Virus record (IMG/VR): IMGVR_UViG_3300033513_000005
Span: 1-60,020 of that record
Origin: a virus
Lineage: Duplodnaviria; Caudoviricetes
Direction: 5' to 3' (one strand)
Length of the DNA stretch: 60,020 nt
Part shown: positions 44,884 to 53,636 of the stretch, piece by piece
How positions within the stretch are numbered: position 1 is the first letter of the stretch
Layout: each line of letters starts with the position of its first letter
Notes under the pieces: generated by a model
Databases searched by the model: none
Told to the model about the DNA's origin: nothing
Seen by the model: only the letters and a program-made list of their open reading frames with translations
Translations under genes and position numbers: made by a program

Positions 44884-45527
44884 TGGCGACCCTTAATGCC
44901 GTTGAACTTGCGCCAGGCATAGAACTCGCAGCTCACGTTCGTGCGGTTCCAACCATTCCCGTCGGCGAAGTCGGCAAGCTCACCCGCATTGATGGGCCGA
45001 CCGTTGATGGAGCGGAACTCGTCAAACAGGTCCCACACCTTGCCGCAGACGGTGCCGTTCGACGGGCGCTTGACGCCGTTTTGCACGGGGCGGTCCTTCT
45101 CGATCTTGTAACCCTTGCGAACGACCTTGGGGACGAAGGGGGCCGGGGTCCTGACCACGCGGGGGCGGGGTTGCGCTTTGGGCTCTTCCTCCGACTCGGT
45201 GACCACTTTGCCGTCAATCACTTTGGTCGTAGTGCCGACGTTGGCGGGGGCTTGCACGTTACCCAGCAGGGCTCCGAACGGGTTGGCAGCGACGGGGGCA
45301 TCACCTTCGACCTCATCGGTGATCACCGTGTCGGGGTTGTTCCCCGAAAGCACAGTGTCTTTCTGGGTTTCAGCGGCGGGGGCGATGCCGTTTACTTCGA
45401 CTTTGTAGTGTGCCTTCAGAGCAGCACGCATCCCAGCATTGTCCAGCTTGCCGTAGCTGATGCTGGCTTCGCGGCAGGCTTGACGAAGGTCATTCTTGCC
45501 CATTGCTTCGATTTGATTGCGGTCCAT
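44880..45527 (-). CDS. Hypothetical DNA-binding protein, paralog of 43296-43835
   Basis: SAP/HeH-like N-terminus; QNGVKRP...CGKVW...EFYAWRKFNG. Confidence 0.75.
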   Translation of the reverse strand: MDRNQIEAMGKNDLRQACREASISYGKLDNAGMRAALKAHYKVEVNGIAPAAETQKDTVLSGNNPDTVITDEVEGDAPVAANPFGALLGNVQAPANVGTTTKVIDGKVVTESEEEPKAQPRPRVVRTPAPFVPKVVRKGYKIEKDRPVQNGVKRPSNGTVCGKVWDLFDEFRSINGRPINAGELADFADGNGWNRTNVSCEFYAWRKFNGIKGRQ

Positions 45528-45663
45528 GTTGCGTTTCCTTTACGTTGGAGGGTTAGGATTCATGCACCATCGTTGCGTGCATGAAACGTATTATGGACGA
45601 AACTTCAAGCCGCGCAAGCCCTTTGACAAAATAAATTTCTATCAGCTTTCACTTGATGATTAC

Positions 45664-47379
45664 TCAGAACGGAATATCATCATCGATGTCTTCTAAAGGT
45701 GCAGCACTAGCAGGGGCCTTGGCAATATTAGCGTTGAGCGCTGGTCTACCGTCGGTCGGTTCGTTAACCCCAAAGGCGCTCCCATCAAAACAATAGGCCA
45801 AGATTTCTGGGTACTGCTTATTTGTCCATACGCGCAAGTGAGTTGGCGCTGTGAGTGTGAGAACTTGTTCTAAGGCAGCGTCAACTCCGTCGGGGAACTC
45901 AGCCCCCTCAGATCGCTCTTTCCACCAGAGTCTTGCCTTACGCTGAGCCCAGCCCTCATGTTCAATGCAAACGTACTCACTGAAGGATTTCAGGTTGCAA
46001 TAGTACGTCACCTTCAGTGTGTTAGGGCGCCCAGCTTTTTGATGTTTGCTGAAAGTGATATGATCAACCTTGAAAACGTCAACGACGGGCATGTCTCCTT
46101 TGATGACTTGGTCTTCTGCTGCTGTGCGTTGGATCTTGACTTGGAAAGAAAACTCAGCTCCGCAGTATTCGCAATGTCTAACCGATGCGTGATTGTAGGT
46201 TGCGCAGCTCCCGCACAGCTTAACAGGTGCTTCCCCACCCCCTGCACCCTTCTTGCGGGGAATTACGGGGTCGTTGATTGGCCCAAGCCGTCTTGTGTTC
46301 CCCGCAAAGTCAAGAATGAGGCAATTCTCTTTCTTGTAGTGCTGACAAGTGAACGGACGTGTTCCACGGCCAAGCATTTGCACCCACAGCACAGTGGACG
46401 CAGTTGGCCTTAGCACAATGATGCAGTCGATCGCGGGGTGGTCGAACCCTGTGGTCAGAACGTTGTTGTTCACGGCTGCGCGATACTTCCCAGCTGTAAA
46501 TTCCAAGATAGCTTGGTCCCGTGCCTTGTCGCCCATCTTGCTGTGGATGGCCACAGTTGGGATGCCCATGTCGTTCAACAGGTCGGCAATGTGTTCCGCA
46601 TGCTCGACGCCGGAAGCAAAGATGAGCCAACTCTTGCGGTCCGCTGCAACCTCTAGGACTTCGTCGATTGCGGCTTTGGTGATTTCCATCTTGTCCACCG
46701 CAGCCTGCAATTCTGACGGGATGAAGTCGTTGTTCCGCATGTGCACACCATTGACATCAAGCATCATGCGGGTCTGACGCGGAATGAGTGGGGATAGAAA
46801 CCCTTCTGCGATCAGCCTGTTGAACGCTTCAAGTCCCGTCAAGTCGTAACAGATGTCGGTGAAAATTCCATCGTCGGTAATGCGACCGGTTCCTAAGCGC
46901 CATGGGGTTGCAGTGAGTCCCACGACTTTGAGGTTTGGGTTGATGGACTTCAAGTCGTTCAGGAACTTGCGATACAGAGTCGCTTCATTAGGGCTCACCA
47001 GATGAGCCTCGTCGATGAATACGAGGTCAATATGCCCGAACTGCACAGCCTTCTTAGCAACCGAACCGATCCCGCCGAAGGTGATGCTGCCATGCAGGTC
47101 CTTACGCCCAAGGCCTGCGCTGTATATACCTGCTGGGGCTTGCGGCCACATGGTAATCAGCTTCTTATGGTTCTGCGCGATCAACTCTTTGACATGGGTG
47201 AGCACCATTATCCGCTGACCTGGCCAATAGTAGAGGATCATCTGCAGAATCATGGCAATCACGACAGACTTGCCCGTGCCCGTAGGCATGGCAATGATTG
47301 GGTTCCCCTTCTTCTCTTGGAAGTAGTTGAAGACGCTGTACGTCGCTTCAACCTGATAGTAGCGTGGCTGAAGCAGCAT
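45664..47379 (-). CDS. SF2 DEAD/H helicase (RadD-like) with zinc finger
   Basis: MPTGTGKS, IDEAH, GLTATP, LTTGFD, QMLGRG, CGSC...CEYC. Confidence 0.93.
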   Translation of the reverse strand: MLLQPRYYQVEATYSVFNYFQEKKGNPIIAMPTGTGKSVVIAMILQMILYYWPGQRIMVLTHVKELIAQNHKKLITMWPQAPAGIYSAGLGRKDLHGSITFGGIGSVAKKAVQFGHIDLVFIDEAHLVSPNEATLYRKFLNDLKSINPNLKVVGLTATPWRLGTGRITDDGIFTDICYDLTGLEAFNRLIAEGFLSPLIPRQTRMMLDVNGVHMRNNDFIPSELQAAVDKMEITKAAIDEVLEVAADRKSWLIFASGVEHAEHIADLLNDMGIPTVAIHSKMGDKARDQAILEFTAGKYRAAVNNNVLTTGFDHPAIDCIIVLRPTASTVLWVQMLGRGTRPFTCQHYKKENCLILDFAGNTRRLGPINDPVIPRKKGAGGGEAPVKLCGSCATYNHASVRHCEYCGAEFSFQVKIQRTAAEDQVIKGDMPVVDVFKVDHITFSKHQKAGRPNTLKVTYYCNLKSFSEYVCIEHEGWAQRKARLWWKERSEGAEFPDGVDAALEQVLTLTAPTHLRVWTNKQYPEILAYCFDGSAFGVNEPTDGRPALNANIAKAPASAAPLEDIDDDIPF

Positions 47380-47380
47380 G

Positions 47381-48289
47381 TTAGAACGGTTCGTAAGCGT
47401 TGCACGCAGCAAGTTGAAGCTCGGTTGTGAGTACCAATTCTTCAGCCCCCGGGTTCATGCAATACCACTTCCCGTCTTCGCGGGGCTCACTATGCACGCA
47501 GGTTCGGCAGTTGCGCTCAGGCGCCTTCTTCATGTGGCAAACGGGTTTGTGATCGCACCAGCTACATTCGAACCAGCCTGGCGACTTGTTGATCTTCTCG
47601 GGCGCAACCTTGAGCATAATGATCTGACGCCCACGGTCGACAAACTGATCGGCAAACATGCTGTCAAGAGGAACGATCTCCGCATACAAATCGTCATCAT
47701 TCTTGTTGACCGCCATGTACAGCGCAACAGTCAGGCCCATCTTTCGCATGTAGACCTGCATCTGTACGAAATGCTCAAACTTTGACTTCCGAACCCCATC
47801 AGCTTTCAGCTTCTGGAAGGACTTGTCATTGTGAGTCTTGAACTCCGTGACAGCGGGGAGCCCCTGGGGCAAGTCGGGCACACCAACTGCAACCCCGTCA
47901 CCACTTCCCCCAAAATGCCCGCCCATGTCAGAGATGCGGAATTGTTTTCCATTCGCATCCTGTTGGTAAATCACGCACCCAATGGTTAGGAGCAGCGCGA
48001 TGAATCGAGCTTCTTCCATGTGCCCCCGATTAAAGAGGCGAAGGATGCGGCCACCAAAGACTGGTTTTGTGAACCATCGGAACCCGTACCAAATAGCCCG
48101 AGGGCAGTTCCCACCAATCACACTCGCGCCCAAATGAGAGCGATATGGATTCGTATCCAACCCCCGATAGGCATCACCAATGTGCGGAATGACGCGTTCA
48201 AGGTGCTGTCTATATGCAGCCCCTTGATCCGCGGCGACTGCATCTTCAATCGCTTTGAGGGTTTTGGTCGCGATATGTACGTTGCGCAT
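47381..48289 (-). CDS. Cas4/RecB-like PD-(D/E)xK exonuclease
   Basis: HLGAS...CPR, GSGDG, EFKT, QMQVYM, CSWC....C. Confidence 0.8.
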   Translation of the reverse strand: MRNVHIATKTLKAIEDAVAADQGAAYRQHLERVIPHIGDAYRGLDTNPYRSHLGASVIGGNCPRAIWYGFRWFTKPVFGGRILRLFNRGHMEEARFIALLLTIGCVIYQQDANGKQFRISDMGGHFGGSGDGVAVGVPDLPQGLPAVTEFKTHNDKSFQKLKADGVRKSKFEHFVQMQVYMRKMGLTVALYMAVNKNDDDLYAEIVPLDSMFADQFVDRGRQIIMLKVAPEKINKSPGWFECSWCDHKPVCHMKKAPERNCRTCVHSEPREDGKWYCMNPGAEELVLTTELQLAACNAYEPF

Positions 48290-48308
48290 GATTGCCCATT
48301 ATAGAATT

Positions 48309-48341
48309 AAAAAGGGCGCAGCCTTTACGAACTGCGCCCTT
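48309..48341 (-). terminator. Rho-independent terminator
   Basis: AAGGGCGCAG/CTGCGCCCTT stem plus T run on the - strand. Confidence 0.75.
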
Positions 48342-48356
48342 CGGAGAACTGCGGCC

Positions 48357-49031
48357 TTATTGCTGGGGAGCAGCCCAGGGCGGCGCACCAGTGCCACCAG
48401 CCGCGGGGGCAGCCGCCATCCAGGCCGGCTGTGCCGCTTGTGCCGGGTGCGGTGCCGCGGGAGCCGGAGCAGGAGCAGCAGCGGCCGGCGCCGGGGCCGC
48501 GGGGGCAGCAGCGGCCTGAGCCCACGGTTGCGGTGCCGCGGGAGCTTGCCATGCAACGGGGCCCGGAGCGGGTGCTGCGGGCGCTGCGGGCGCGGCCCAC
48601 GGTGCAGCAGCGGCCGGGGCGGGGGAGGCCACGACCTCGTTGATGTTCTTGTAGCCGCTGATCTCGTTGGATGCTTCGTACTGGCCGTCTGCAGGGCGGA
48701 GCTTGACCTTGGCCTTGAGGGGCTGATTGTGCAGTTCAGCGGAGTCACCCACTTGCAGGCGGCCGAGAGCGTGGCAGATGGCAGAGAGCTCGCGGTAGGC
48801 GATTTCCTGAGCCTGCGGGTTGTTGTTGCGGATGTTGATGCGGGCGTACAGCTTGCGGTTCGCATACTGGCCGTCCAAGACCTTGAAGGTCAGCTCGAGA
48901 AAGAAGTTGCCTTCGGTCTTGGCGGGCTTGACTTCGCTGGCCTCGATCATCACGTTGTACCAACCAGCCGGAATCGTCTCGAACGGTTCCGCGGGTTTCA
49001 CCTTGCTTGCATCAAATTGGATTTGTGCCAT
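48357..49031 (-). CDS. ssDNA-binding protein (DUF669-type) with Pro/Ala tail
   Basis: FDASKV...IPAGWY, LELTFKVLDGQYANRK, NEISGY, PPW terminus. Confidence 0.82.
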   Translation of the reverse strand: MAQIQFDASKVKPAEPFETIPAGWYNVMIEASEVKPAKTEGNFFLELTFKVLDGQYANRKLYARINIRNNNPQAQEIAYRELSAICHALGRLQVGDSAELHNQPLKAKVKLRPADGQYEASNEISGYKNINEVVASPAPAAAAPWAAPAAPAAPAPGPVAWQAPAAPQPWAQAAAAPAAPAPAAAAPAPAPAAPHPAQAAQPAWMAAAPAAGGTGAPPWAAPQQ

Positions 49032-49072
49032 TTCCTTCAACTCCTAGAGACAGGGCCTTATGCGGATGCCCA

Positions 49073-49909
49073 TTACCGCGTGAAAACATCGACGCCCGAC
49101 GATTGGTAGATTGCGTGCGCCACCACATTCCAACCCAGCGCCGGAGGTGCTGGGATTGGGAATTCACCAACTGCGCCGAACCGGTTGCCTGCCACATAGC
49201 CAGGCGTCCGACTCAGACCAATGACTCGGCCCTTGTTTTGGGACACAGCCCGGGTCACATTGTCAGTCTTGCTGACAAAGACAGGTTCGTACATGAAGCC
49301 CACCACGTCAGCCCACTGCGTGATCATTTCACGCTTGCCGTACGTCTTCATGTTCTTGGGGCTGTGCAACAGCAGGTCCCACGAATCGTATTCACCCGAA
49401 GTGGGATCCATCATCTTGGAAGCGAAGACGTGGCACGTCAACACGATGTTGATACCGCCGTACACCGCGAGCTGATCGCAGAGCTTGAGGAAGCTGTCGA
49501 ACTCCTCGTTCGCAAGCGTGTAGGCCTTGCCATACCCGCCGTGGGCGCTTTCCATCGTGATGGTCTTCTTGCTTCCTTCCCGGAACGCGGGATCACGACG
49601 AATCACCGCGTCATGGATGTGTCTCTCCAGCGCTGTTGCACTGTCGAACACAAGCGTCTTGTACGGGAATTGACCCTGTTGGCAGAGAGCGATCGTTTCG
49701 TTCATCAGCTGGGTCACCTGCGCGAAGTTCTGCAGCATGGGTGTTTTCGGCACATTCACCCCCGCGTAACCAACCTCAAGCGGCACCAGAAGGGGCTTGG
49801 GCATGGAAGCGCAAATGGTGGTCTTGCCCACTTTTTCTTGAGCTGCAATCACAATCCGCAAACCCGCAGGGCTCACGCCGGTTGTGACAGCTCCGAGGAT
49901 ACTGCTCAT
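49073..49909 (-). CDS. Sak4-like AAA ATPase (recombination)
   Basis: EKVGKTT, TLVFDS, GGYGKAY, LTCH, WADVVGF, AGNRF; adjacent to SSB and exonuclease. Confidence 0.82.
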   Translation of the reverse strand: MSSILGAVTTGVSPAGLRIVIAAQEKVGKTTICASMPKPLLVPLEVGYAGVNVPKTPMLQNFAQVTQLMNETIALCQQGQFPYKTLVFDSATALERHIHDAVIRRDPAFREGSKKTITMESAHGGYGKAYTLANEEFDSFLKLCDQLAVYGGINIVLTCHVFASKMMDPTSGEYDSWDLLLHSPKNMKTYGKREMITQWADVVGFMYEPVFVSKTDNVTRAVSQNKGRVIGLSRTPGYVAGNRFGAVGEFPIPAPPALGWNVVAHAIYQSSGVDVFTR

Positions 49910-49970
49910 TTTAGCCTTTCAATCTCGCATTGCTGCGGTAACGTTATTTTAACACGGGTCAGTTCGGATA

Positions 49971-50915
49971 TCACAAGTCGCTAGCTGTGCGAATCGTCTG
50001 AAACGTTGGGAATCGCGGTTTGTCCTTGACACCCTTGGGGAACGTCTTGAACTTGATTGGCGCACCAATAAGTAAGGTCTGGTCCTCAAAGTACCGAACC
50101 CGTTCATTGTGAGTCATACGCCCAGCGCCGACCGTAATGATCTGTCCTTCATGAAAGAAGACTTTACCGTCATACAGGACGTCTTTCAGCACTCGACATT
50201 CCATGGAGCCAACCATTCCATTGGGTTCCATGTTTTCCTGGTGCGTGCTTCTTTCGGTCAGGCCAAGCTCATTGATAGTTGCAGCATTGAGGTTCTTTCT
50301 CCCCTCGGTAATACTGGTGACCACAGCTTCGCCATCGATAAAGCGTTTGATGCGCAGCAGGCCGCCTTCCCGCACGGTGGAACGGCCGTCCTTATGAAGA
50401 CCATCCGGATCGCGCAGGATGACACCTTCATAGCCCATGTCCAACCAATTCGATTCCAGAATATCAAGTTGCGACTTAGTGTCACACCAAACGGAAGGAA
50501 TGGCTCTGAGGTGTGCTGCGAACGGATGTCCCATACGATGGAGAGTTTCAATCCGTCGTAGTAAGGCGTCGTACCTTCTGATATACGCCAAATCCTCAGT
50601 TTCGGACGTCACGTAGTCAAAGAGATGCCATAGGATCCACGGCTCACCTGAAATAGTATTCAGTGCACTTGTGGTCAACCTGCACAAGTCTGGGTGACAC
50701 TCGTGTTCGGCTGCCATTTCGCCGTCGAACCCAGCCAACTCAGGAACGGAAAAGAAACGAGTGATATGGCGGTTTGCGTGGGTCTTGAGACTGCGCCCCG
50801 TTAAAAGCCCCGTCATGTTCAAAGACCGCACCCCGTCAATCTTGGGTTGGGCGATGCAGGGTAGCTTAATTTTCGCTTCCACTGCATCGCTTGCCAGCAT
50901 TGGTTTGCGGCTCAC
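49971..50915 (-). CDS. ATP-dependent DNA ligase
   Basis: PKIDGVR, FDGE, LFD, YEGVILR, LLRIKRF, PRFP. Confidence 0.93.
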   Translation of the reverse strand: MSRKPMLASDAVEAKIKLPCIAQPKIDGVRSLNMTGLLTGRSLKTHANRHITRFFSVPELAGFDGEMAAEHECHPDLCRLTTSALNTISGEPWILWHLFDYVTSETEDLAYIRRYDALLRRIETLHRMGHPFAAHLRAIPSVWCDTKSQLDILESNWLDMGYEGVILRDPDGLHKDGRSTVREGGLLRIKRFIDGEAVVTSITEGRKNLNAATINELGLTERSTHQENMEPNGMVGSMECRVLKDVLYDGKVFFHEGQIITVGAGRMTHNERVRYFEDQTLLIGAPIKFKTFPKGVKDKPRFPTFQTIRTASDL

Positions 50916-51058
50916 AGCGGCACCATCTCGCGCACGTAAACCGTTCGGCCGCCCTGGGTTTTCTTGAATACAACCAGAAGGGGCGGTGTCTTGGTGCCCA
51001 GACCTTTGCTGATCAGGTAGGCCAGAAAGGTGGGCTTGAGTTGCTGGATGGGTTTCAT
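50912..51058 (-). CDS. Small hypothetical protein (48 aa)
   Basis: Fills the gap with overlapping start/stop codons on both sides. Confidence 0.5.
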   Translation of the reverse strand: MKPIQQLKPTFLAYLISKGLGTKTPPLLVVFKKTQGGRTVYVREMVPL

Positions 51059-51789
51059 GCCATCACCTCCTTGTAGAGCTGCATCAACCCCGGGATGTGG
51101 GGCTCAAGCAATTCCACGATCGCATTAGCGTAGGCACGAGCCTCCACCTGTGCATGGGAATGTTGCCGGAGCGACAGGAAATGCATCAGGTTGCGCAGGT
51201 CCTGCTTCCAGAGCCAGTGGGTGTAGTGGTTGAGGGACAGGAACATCCGCGCATGCTCCGGAGCTACCCCCATCGAAATGGCGCGGAGGTATTCCAGATA
51301 ACCCGAGCGACAGTGCTCGTCCAGGGAATACTTGAATTCCAGTTGAGTCCCGCCGGGCAGGTTGTCCTCCTGCCCCTGCTTCTTGTCTGCAGCTTTGCCA
51401 CCGACAGTTTCGGGGATGTACCACTCGGCGGGCAGCGTGACATAACGTCCGCTCACCTCGTTGAGTGAAACGGTACGGTGGCGCACGAATTGCCGCGCAA
51501 CGAAGATCGGAAGCTTCATTTCCAGCCACACCTCGATGGACTCGAACGGCGTCATGTGCCTGTTCAGCATCAAGTACCGGTTCAGCTTCATCTCCACTTC
51601 GTAGCTGCGGGACTGGTCCTGCCCCTCGAAGCTCATGCGGGCGCTATTGGCGACGTCGGTATCGTCAGCGTCGAAGGGTCGGTCGGTGTCGAAGAACCCT
51701 GCACCGTCCTTCACATAAGGCCGCCGCGTGGGCCCCGCAAGGTTGCGGAGCCGCACGAAGCCATGGTCCAAGACTTTGACTTCGTGCAT
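51055..51789 (-). CDS. thyX: FAD-dependent thymidylate synthase
   Basis: HMTPFE, PIFVARQFVRHRTVSLNEVSGRY, APEHAR, HAQVE. Confidence 0.95.
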   Translation of the reverse strand: MHEVKVLDHGFVRLRNLAGPTRRPYVKDGAGFFDTDRPFDADDTDVANSARMSFEGQDQSRSYEVEMKLNRYLMLNRHMTPFESIEVWLEMKLPIFVARQFVRHRTVSLNEVSGRYVTLPAEWYIPETVGGKAADKKQGQEDNLPGGTQLEFKYSLDEHCRSGYLEYLRAISMGVAPEHARMFLSLNHYTHWLWKQDLRNLMHFLSLRQHSHAQVEARAYANAIVELLEPHIPGLMQLYKEVMA

Positions 51790-51793
51790 GGCG

Positions 51794-52018
51794 TCAGGCG
51801 TGGATGTCCGGAACGCTGGTGCTGGCGCGAATGGCGTTGACCGCGTTGCCCAACTTGATCCGGGCGGTGCTGTGTGCCTGCTTGGCCGCCTCGAGCTCAC
51901 GTGCCGCTTTCTCGAACGCCGTGTTGGCCGTCTTCAGACGGGTGGTGGCCTCGGAGACTTCGACTTGGATGGCGCCGAGGTCAACCGAGGGGGCCTTGGT
52001 GGTGTTGGTCTTTTTCAT
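51794..52018 (-). CDS. Small coiled-coil protein
   Basis: AAGGA RBS, helical composition. Confidence 0.6.
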   Translation of the reverse strand: MKKTNTTKAPSVDLGAIQVEVSEATTRLKTANTAFEKAARELEAAKQAHSTARIKLGNAVNAIRASTSVPDIHA

Positions 52019-52461
52019 CAGTGAATTTCCTTGGAGTCGGGGTTGGTTTGCTGCGCTTGCACGTCCTCGCGAACGCCTTCCATGACCCGCATCGAGCACC
52101 CGATCAACTCGTTCTGCAGAGTCATGAATTGAACCGACTTGTCACCCGCCATGCCCTGGTGGTATTTGGGCATCGGGTTTTCCGTCGTCGCCTCGATCAC
52201 AGCGATGTTGACGCTCATGATCATGTGCGGGTTCTGTTCGATCAGGTCGGCCACGCTGCGCAGGTAGCGCACGCATTCAGCGCTGTCCCACATCGTACGG
52301 CGATGCTCCTCGTCCATGGACAGGAAGGACTGATGGAGCTCGGCCAGGACGGCGTCCGTATTGGTCTGCAGGTTCGTGATGCGGGAATGGTATTCCTTCA
52401 TCACTGCTGCATCCAGATCGGGGTCCTCGGCTTTGACCTTTTCGTGGGTGTCGTTGTTCAT
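52018..52461 (-). CDS. Hypothetical protein
   Basis: Coupled ORF with biased codons. Confidence 0.65.
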   Translation of the reverse strand: MNNDTHEKVKAEDPDLDAAVMKEYHSRITNLQTNTDAVLAELHQSFLSMDEEHRRTMWDSAECVRYLRSVADLIEQNPHMIMSVNIAVIEATTENPMPKYHQGMAGDKSVQFMTLQNELIGCSMRVMEGVREDVQAQQTNPDSKEIH

Positions 52462-52964
52462 GATTGTTTGCCTGCCTTTCTTGTGGCTTTGGGTTTCACG
52501 ATTTCCATCGCGGGGGAACCAGGCCTGATGAGTAAGCACTGGTCGAAGAGCTGTTGCTGTTCAGTCGTCAGCTCGTTATACTTGGCCTTGGCCAATTCAG
52601 GTTTCCAGCGCAGCACGTCTTCAGGAATTGCTGCTTCTGCGAACCGTCCGCGGTTGGCTTGCCACACAGCCTCGTCCACGTTGCGCTCGAGGCTGTAGGT
52701 ACCCTTGAGCTTGAAGCCGTCGGGCAAGTCGAACGTATTCGTCCCTTCCTTGGGCTTCGGGAAGTAGTGGGTGAAAAGTTGCTTGCGCAACGTCATCTCA
52801 CGCCCCTTGACGTCCGCCAGCTGCTTCTTCAGCAGATACCAGTCCTCCAACGCCTTGGCGGGGTTGAAGGGGGTGTTGGGCGGGATCGCTGCCATGGGCT
52901 CGTTATGGGGCAGAGGAGCGATGAGAAGCAGAGAGCCCGTCACGTTGTCGTTCGGGTCAGTCAT
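52458..52964 (-). CDS. Conserved phage hypothetical protein
   Basis: KEGTNTFDLPDGFKLKG, RWKPEL; start uncertain. Confidence 0.65.
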   Translation of the reverse strand: MTDPNDNVTGSLLLIAPLPHNEPMAAIPPNTPFNPAKALEDWYLLKKQLADVKGREMTLRKQLFTHYFPKPKEGTNTFDLPDGFKLKGTYSLERNVDEAVWQANRGRFAEAAIPEDVLRWKPELAKAKYNELTTEQQQLFDQCLLIRPGSPAMEIVKPKATRKAGKQS

Positions 52965-53571
52965 ACGTGCCGCCTTCGCTGTCGTCCGGGTTCTTGCGCT
53001 CCACTTCACCGGGCTTGTCAGCGCGGGCTTGAGCGGCGGCATCCTGATAAACGCCCTCGGGGTAGCGCATACCCAGCTTGCGCTGATTGCTTGCGATCAC
53101 CTCGGTGCGGGACAGACCCGTCACCGCGTAGAAGTTGCACAGGTTACCCCGCACTTCGCCCAGCGCAGTAGCGAGCTTGGCAACCATGTCGCCGTCCAGC
53201 GGTTTGCCGTAGACCCACAGCTTCTTGCTCAGGTCCAGGAAATCCGCGCTGTACGTCTGCATGTCGCGGAGCAGCATGTGGCCCAGGCGGGGGCGCTGGG
53301 ACGTGACACGCTCTTCCGCCTCGGCCACCATGACGCGGAAGTCGATGCCCGTTGCGAAGCGCAGATCGTCCAGCACCTGGATTGCAGCCTCGCAGTAGAA
53401 CTCGAGGTCACCCGCTTCCTCCACCGTGTTGAGGTGCGACAGGCTGTCAGCCAGCTCCTGCACCTCACCGCTGATGCCGATTGCGGCGTGGACGACCGAG
53501 CTGAAGTCTTCGTAGTAGCCGGTAGTCTTGTAGAGGTTTTTCACCATGACGGAAAAGGGAACGGTCTGCAT
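52957..53571 (-). CDS. MazG-like NTP pyrophosphohydrolase
   Basis: HAAIGISGEVQELAD, EEAGDLEFY, NQRKLGMRYPEG. Confidence 0.8.
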   Translation of the reverse strand: MQTVPFSVMVKNLYKTTGYYEDFSSVVHAAIGISGEVQELADSLSHLNTVEEAGDLEFYCEAAIQVLDDLRFATGIDFRVMVAEAEERVTSQRPRLGHMLLRDMQTYSADFLDLSKKLWVYGKPLDGDMVAKLATALGEVRGNLCNFYAVTGLSRTEVIASNQRKLGMRYPEGVYQDAAAQARADKPGEVERKNPDDSEGGTYD

Positions 53572-53636
53572 GTGGTTACTCCAAGTTGGTTAGTTATGAG
53601 CGTATTATTGTGCTAACGACTGTTTGATTGCAAGCG

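Noticed and set aside
47381-48289. Cas4-like nuclease suggesting CRISPR
   Set aside because: No repeat-spacer array or other cas genes; it lies in a Sak4/SSB recombination module
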